Source of the DNA: Nitrososphaerales archaeon
GTDB lineage: Archaea; Thermoproteota; Nitrososphaeria; Nitrososphaerales; UBA213
Length of the DNA stretch: 64,000 nucleotides
NCBI GenBank assembly: GCA_965197925.1
Contig: CBDAOC010000020.1
Coordinates: 384,001-448,000 of the forward strand
Direction of reading: 5' to 3'
In this document: piece after piece, positions 60,485-64,000 of the stretch
How the letters are laid out: every line of letters starts with the position of its first letter
How positions within the stretch are numbered: the first letter of the stretch is position 1
The notes under the pieces: generated by a model
What the model was told of the DNA's origin: nothing
Database searches by the model: none
Seen by the model: only the letters and a program-made list of their open reading frames with translations
Position numbers and translations under genes: made by a program

Positions 60485-61117
60485 TCATTCAAACATACGT
60501 CTGACATCGCCCTCAAGAACACCAGTTCCACCATGTATTCGATCTATATGTTTTGAAAGTGCCTCTTTATCATCAAATGGTAAGTTGCAGTATGGACATG
60601 AAAGTTTGGCTTGACTCACATCTTTGACGATTGTAATAGCCTTTGGATTAATTATACAAACAGGGGTTCTACTTATAGCTGTTGCAGCTGCTGAGAGTGT
60701 GGCTCTGTGAATCTGTTCGAATATACTATCTCTAGAAATAATACCTATAACTGAAGAAGCAAAACTAATGACCACTTGCCTAACTACATGTTTATCCATG
60801 ATCACCAACGCTTCACCTACAGTAGATTTTGGAGGGAGTGTTATCACCGGAGATGACATTATTTCTCGGAGCTTAATTTTAGCAGGGTTCTTGGCTTGTG
60901 CCATTACCTTAAACAGTACATCTGTCTTGCTAACTATACCAATGGCCTCACCAGAATGAGTAACCAACACGCTTCTAGCGTGCTTTTCCTTCATTCCAGT
61001 AATTGCATCAGACGCAGTTTTGTCACTCTCTAACATTAGAATATCTGTGCTGAGAATATTTTCTAAGGGATTATTCAATACATCATTTATGTTCATTTGT
61101 TCGTTCATCATAAACAA
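60485..61117 (-). CDS. CBS-pair protein with C-terminal C2H2 zinc finger
   Basis: Two CBS motifs (GIVSKTD, MSSPVIT, GIISRD) plus CPYC..F..KEAL.KH...IH. Confidence 0.88.
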   Translation of the reverse strand: MFMMNEQMNINDVLNNPLENILSTDILMLESDKTASDAITGMKEKHARSVLVTHSGEAIGIVSKTDVLFKVMAQAKNPAKIKLREIMSSPVITLPPKSTVGEALVIMDKHVVRQVVISFASSVIGIISRDSIFEQIHRATLSAAATAISRTPVCIINPKAITIVKDVSQAKLSCPYCNLPFDDKEALSKHIDRIHGGTGVLEGDVRRMFE

Positions 61118-61152
61118 TTAAGCCTCTAGATTATTTAAATTTGATTTTCAAT

Positions 61153-61701
61153 TCATCCATTATCAGACTTAGACATGAGATAGAATGCGTGTGAACTAAT
61201 AACAGCAGCGGATAGAAACATCTTAGTTGCAAAAACAAGACTCCAAGGAGTTTTTGGATTTGGATAAGGAACATTCAAAATATCCATCCGGAATATCCCA
61301 CTTAGTGCATCTACAGTTATTAGAGCATTCCATACGAAAAAATTGTAAAATAGTTCATAGAATGTTATAATTGCAAATGCAAGTGCAATCAGGCGGAGTA
61401 TTGACTTCTTGCCCTTAGAAAGGTTTTCAGTTTTGCTTCTTCCAAGTCTAATTACGCAAAACCAACCAACCACCGATGATACCATAAGATATGAAACTAG
61501 CTTTGCAAAATTAGGCATGGGAAATTCCGTATCCACCAGAACCTCACCTATCACAACTCTCCCAGTAATCAAATATTCTCTTACACTTTCTGCTGAAGCA
61601 TATCCTGTTACAATAATCATTATCGTGGCACAAACATAAAACACAATCTTGTAGACTAGTATGCTGTTTTTTTCATCTCTTTCAACATTGGTTGACTTCA
61701 T
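61153..61701 (-). CDS. Hypothetical four-TM membrane protein
   Basis: Four hydrophobic segments; PYPNP..PWSLVFATK. Confidence 0.8.
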   Translation of the reverse strand: MKSTNVERDEKNSILVYKIVFYVCATIMIIVTGYASAESVREYLITGRVVIGEVLVDTEFPMPNFAKLVSYLMVSSVVGWFCVIRLGRSKTENLSKGKKSILRLIALAFAIITFYELFYNFFVWNALITVDALSGIFRMDILNVPYPNPKTPWSLVFATKMFLSAAVISSHAFYLMSKSDNG

Positions 61702-62412
61702 CCCTTATCAAAGGCCGCTCCAAAATATAAAATTTTCAACACGTTCTCAAGGGAAAGAGATTTAATTTTTTCCTTAAATTACTTGCCGTGAATATATACA
61801 AAATTATTAAATCTCTGGGGTTTCACCTTATTGTAATGATAGAGGTTATCAGTTTCATCATGAGACTATCTATCAACTATTGTTCTTTTAAAAGTTAGAA
61901 ACTGGAAGGAGTTGGGAATTAATGAACATGCGCTTATATCTCATCTTACTGCTAGCTCAGAGACTACATGTCCATTGATGATCCAAGTTCTAACTCAGAC
62001 AAACCAATTCCTAAAGTAGCTCTTGATTAAAACAACCGCTATAACAAAGAAAATACTAAATACCTAAACAATGTTTAGAAAGAATGTATAATAGTATCCG
62101 TAGAAATCTACTGATATTTAATCTCTAATGCTGACAAATTCGTTTGCGATCTAATCGTAAGATATGCAATTGCGAAAGAGCAATATCAGGTAAATGAAGG
62201 AGAAATACCTTTTCCTCAGCAAGGGGGGGAATCGTGGGTCCAGATACTAGCAAGTGATATGTTTATTTTCTTTTTCAAGCCCGTTCGCACGGGAGTTAAT
62301 GAAGACAAAAAACTTCGTAATTGTTAGTAAATTATTCTTGGCAGAGCGCAAAGGTTAACAAAGGCTCTTGTCAATAGGAACCTTGAGCCAATATTGTTGC
62401 TTGGTGATTAGA

Positions 62413-63507
62413 ATGAAAAAGATTCCAATAAACAAACCCTATTTCGACAAAAGAGAGTTAAACGAAGTGAGGAAGGTTATGGAAACAGGTAATCTGACAA
62501 ACGCTACTTTCAAGGGCGGCGTTAGAGTAAGAGAAGTAGAAGCGTTGCTCTACAAGTTTGTTGGTACTAGACATGCCGCGACACTAAATTCAGGCACCGC
62601 CGCATTGCATGCAGCACTTCTTGCTCTAGGAATATGCAAGGGTGACGAGGTTCTCCTCCCATCTTTAACATTTTTAGCTACCGCTAATGCTGTAGTTGCA
62701 ACAGGCGCGACTCCAGTTTTTGTGGATATCAAGAAGGAGGATTACACAATGGATCCAGAAGATCTGGAGGAAAAAATTACCAACAGATCTAAGGCCGTGA
62801 TCCCCGTTCATCTATATGGGCACGTAGTAGATATGAGACGTATAAAAGGTATTTCAAACAAGCATTCATTATATGTTATTGAAGATGCATGCCAATCATT
62901 AGGCTCGACTTTTAAGGGAAAACAAACAGGTTCCCTGGGTGACATCGGCTGCTTCAGCTTCTATGCTGGTAAGGTGATCACAAGCGGTGAAGGTGGTGCA
63001 ATTGCAACAAATAAAGAGGAATTGGCGGTCAGAATAAAAATGATTAGGAATCATGGAATGCTAGAAGGATACGATACAAGGATTTTTGGTCTTAATATGC
63101 GGATGACGGAAATATGTGCGGCAATAGCAAAGGTTCAGATGAGGAAAATCAAAAAAATTCTACAGCTAAGAAGGAAGAATGCCGATTTATTAACAAAATT
63201 ACTTTCAGGCCTAGATATTTATTTACCAAAGGAACGTGATGGTTCAACTTTTAACTGGTACCTCTATACTGTTGGTTTCAAGAACAGAGACGTTATTATG
63301 AAGAAACTTAACTCGATTGGAATTGGAGCAACTGCTTATTATAAGACCCCTATTCATCGAACCCCATTCTATTCAATGTATATCTCGAGCGTACCTAATA
63401 CTGAATGGGCTGCTGATCACGTGCTATCTCTTCCAATCCACCCACTTGTTAGCACAGCTGACCTTATCTATGTTGCAGACAACATACGAAGAATATTCAG
63501 CAAATAA
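62413..63507 (+). CDS. DegT/DnrJ/EryC1/StrS family PLP aminotransferase
   Basis: NSGTAAL, PVHLYG, EDACQSLG, FSFYAGKVITSGEGG, LSLPIHP. Confidence 0.95.
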   Translation: MKKIPINKPYFDKRELNEVRKVMETGNLTNATFKGGVRVREVEALLYKFVGTRHAATLNSGTAALHAALLALGICKGDEVLLPSLTFLATANAVVATGATPVFVDIKKEDYTMDPEDLEEKITNRSKAVIPVHLYGHVVDMRRIKGISNKHSLYVIEDACQSLGSTFKGKQTGSLGDIGCFSFYAGKVITSGEGGAIATNKEELAVRIKMIRNHGMLEGYDTRIFGLNMRMTEICAAIAKVQMRKIKKILQLRRKNADLLTKLLSGLDIYLPKERDGSTFNWYLYTVGFKNRDVIMKKLNSIGIGATAYYKTPIHRTPFYSMYISSVPNTEWAADHVLSLPIHPLVSTADLIYVADNIRRIFSK

Positions 63508-63633
63508 ATATCCTTTAATTCATACAGTAAGAAATTGAATTCTTATTTCACATTGAGGACTTCATATGATCATCAAGACACGTTTACATCGTATACATAA
63601 ACCTTAATAATATCGCTAGCGAGGTATAACTCC

Positions 63634-64000
63634 ATGAGACTAATACTGTACACTGGAAAAGGAGGAACAGGTAAGACCGTTACCTCCTGCGCCACAGCGT
63701 TGAAGTGTGCGAAGAGTCGATATGAGACGTTGATTATATCAGCTGATCCAGCACACACAATTAGCGATGCCTACACTCAAAATATAGGCGATGAAGTTAC
63801 GCATGTACGGGATCATTTAGACGCATTGCAGATAGACCCTGTGAATGAGATGAGCAAGAAATTCCACCAATTGTTATCATACATGGCATCACTCTTTTCG
63901 TCCAAAGGCATTGATGAAACTCTTGCTTACGAAATTGCGATGCTTCCAGGTATGACGCAACTGTTTTCATTACTAAAGATTGAAGAAATTAATGAGATGA
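63634..64000 (+). CDS. ArsA/GET3-family ATPase (partial, runs off window)
   Basis: MRLILYTGKGGTGKT..CATA, ISADPAH.ISD, LPG. Confidence 0.92.
   Translation, partial: MRLILYTGKGGTGKTVTSCATALKCAKSRYETLIISADPAHTISDAYTQNIGDEVTHVRDHLDALQIDPVNEMSKKFHQLLSYMASLFSSKGIDETLAYEIAMLPGMTQLFSLLKIEEINEM

Noticed and set aside
61975..62045. TTGATGA + 12 nt + CTCA as a C/D half
   Set aside because: No downstream D box.
369..63758. Many 60-147 aa ORFs antisense to or nested in recognised genes (e.g. 968-1357, 9836-10204, 42748-43191, 53900-54328, 63573-63758)
   Set aside because: Shadow ORFs overlapping well-supported genes, with no recognisable motifs.
1..64000. CRISPR array, tRNA or rRNA genes
   Set aside because: No regularly spaced repeats, cloverleaf with a TTCRA loop, or rRNA-like stretch seen by eye; the Cas4-like gene has no array or cas partners.

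Overview
AT-rich archaeal chromosome segment. Gene content (A-type ATP synthase K/I/C, PCNA-TFS-RpoL, egsA, psmB-aCPSF1, pantoate kinase/phosphopantothenate synthetase CoA pathway, SepF, Snf7/CdvB-like gene, B12-dependent NrdJ) points to Nitrososphaerota (Thaumarchaeota); this placement is an inference. Housekeeping genes are interspersed with seven IS5-type/DDE insertion-sequence copies or remnants, all defective, and several disrupted host genes (AmrS-type radical SAM, NUDIX hydrolase, PPP phosphatase). The best candidate for an uncharacterised system is a 700-aa wHTH + ATP-cone + class III RNR (NrdD)-like fusion that lacks the glycyl-radical motif and lies directly upstream of nrdJ, possibly a dNTP-sensing pseudo-enzyme regulator. 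Also notable: a box C/D guide sRNA candidate at about 50727-50797 (-), a rhomboid protease fused to an Hsp20-like domain, a divergent ESCRT-III paralog, a solo Cas4-like protein with a degenerate active site, and a 20-bp promoter motif duplicated before two adjacent hypothetical genes. No rRNA, tRNA or CRISPR array was seen. All calls are by-eye motif recognition; no searches were run.
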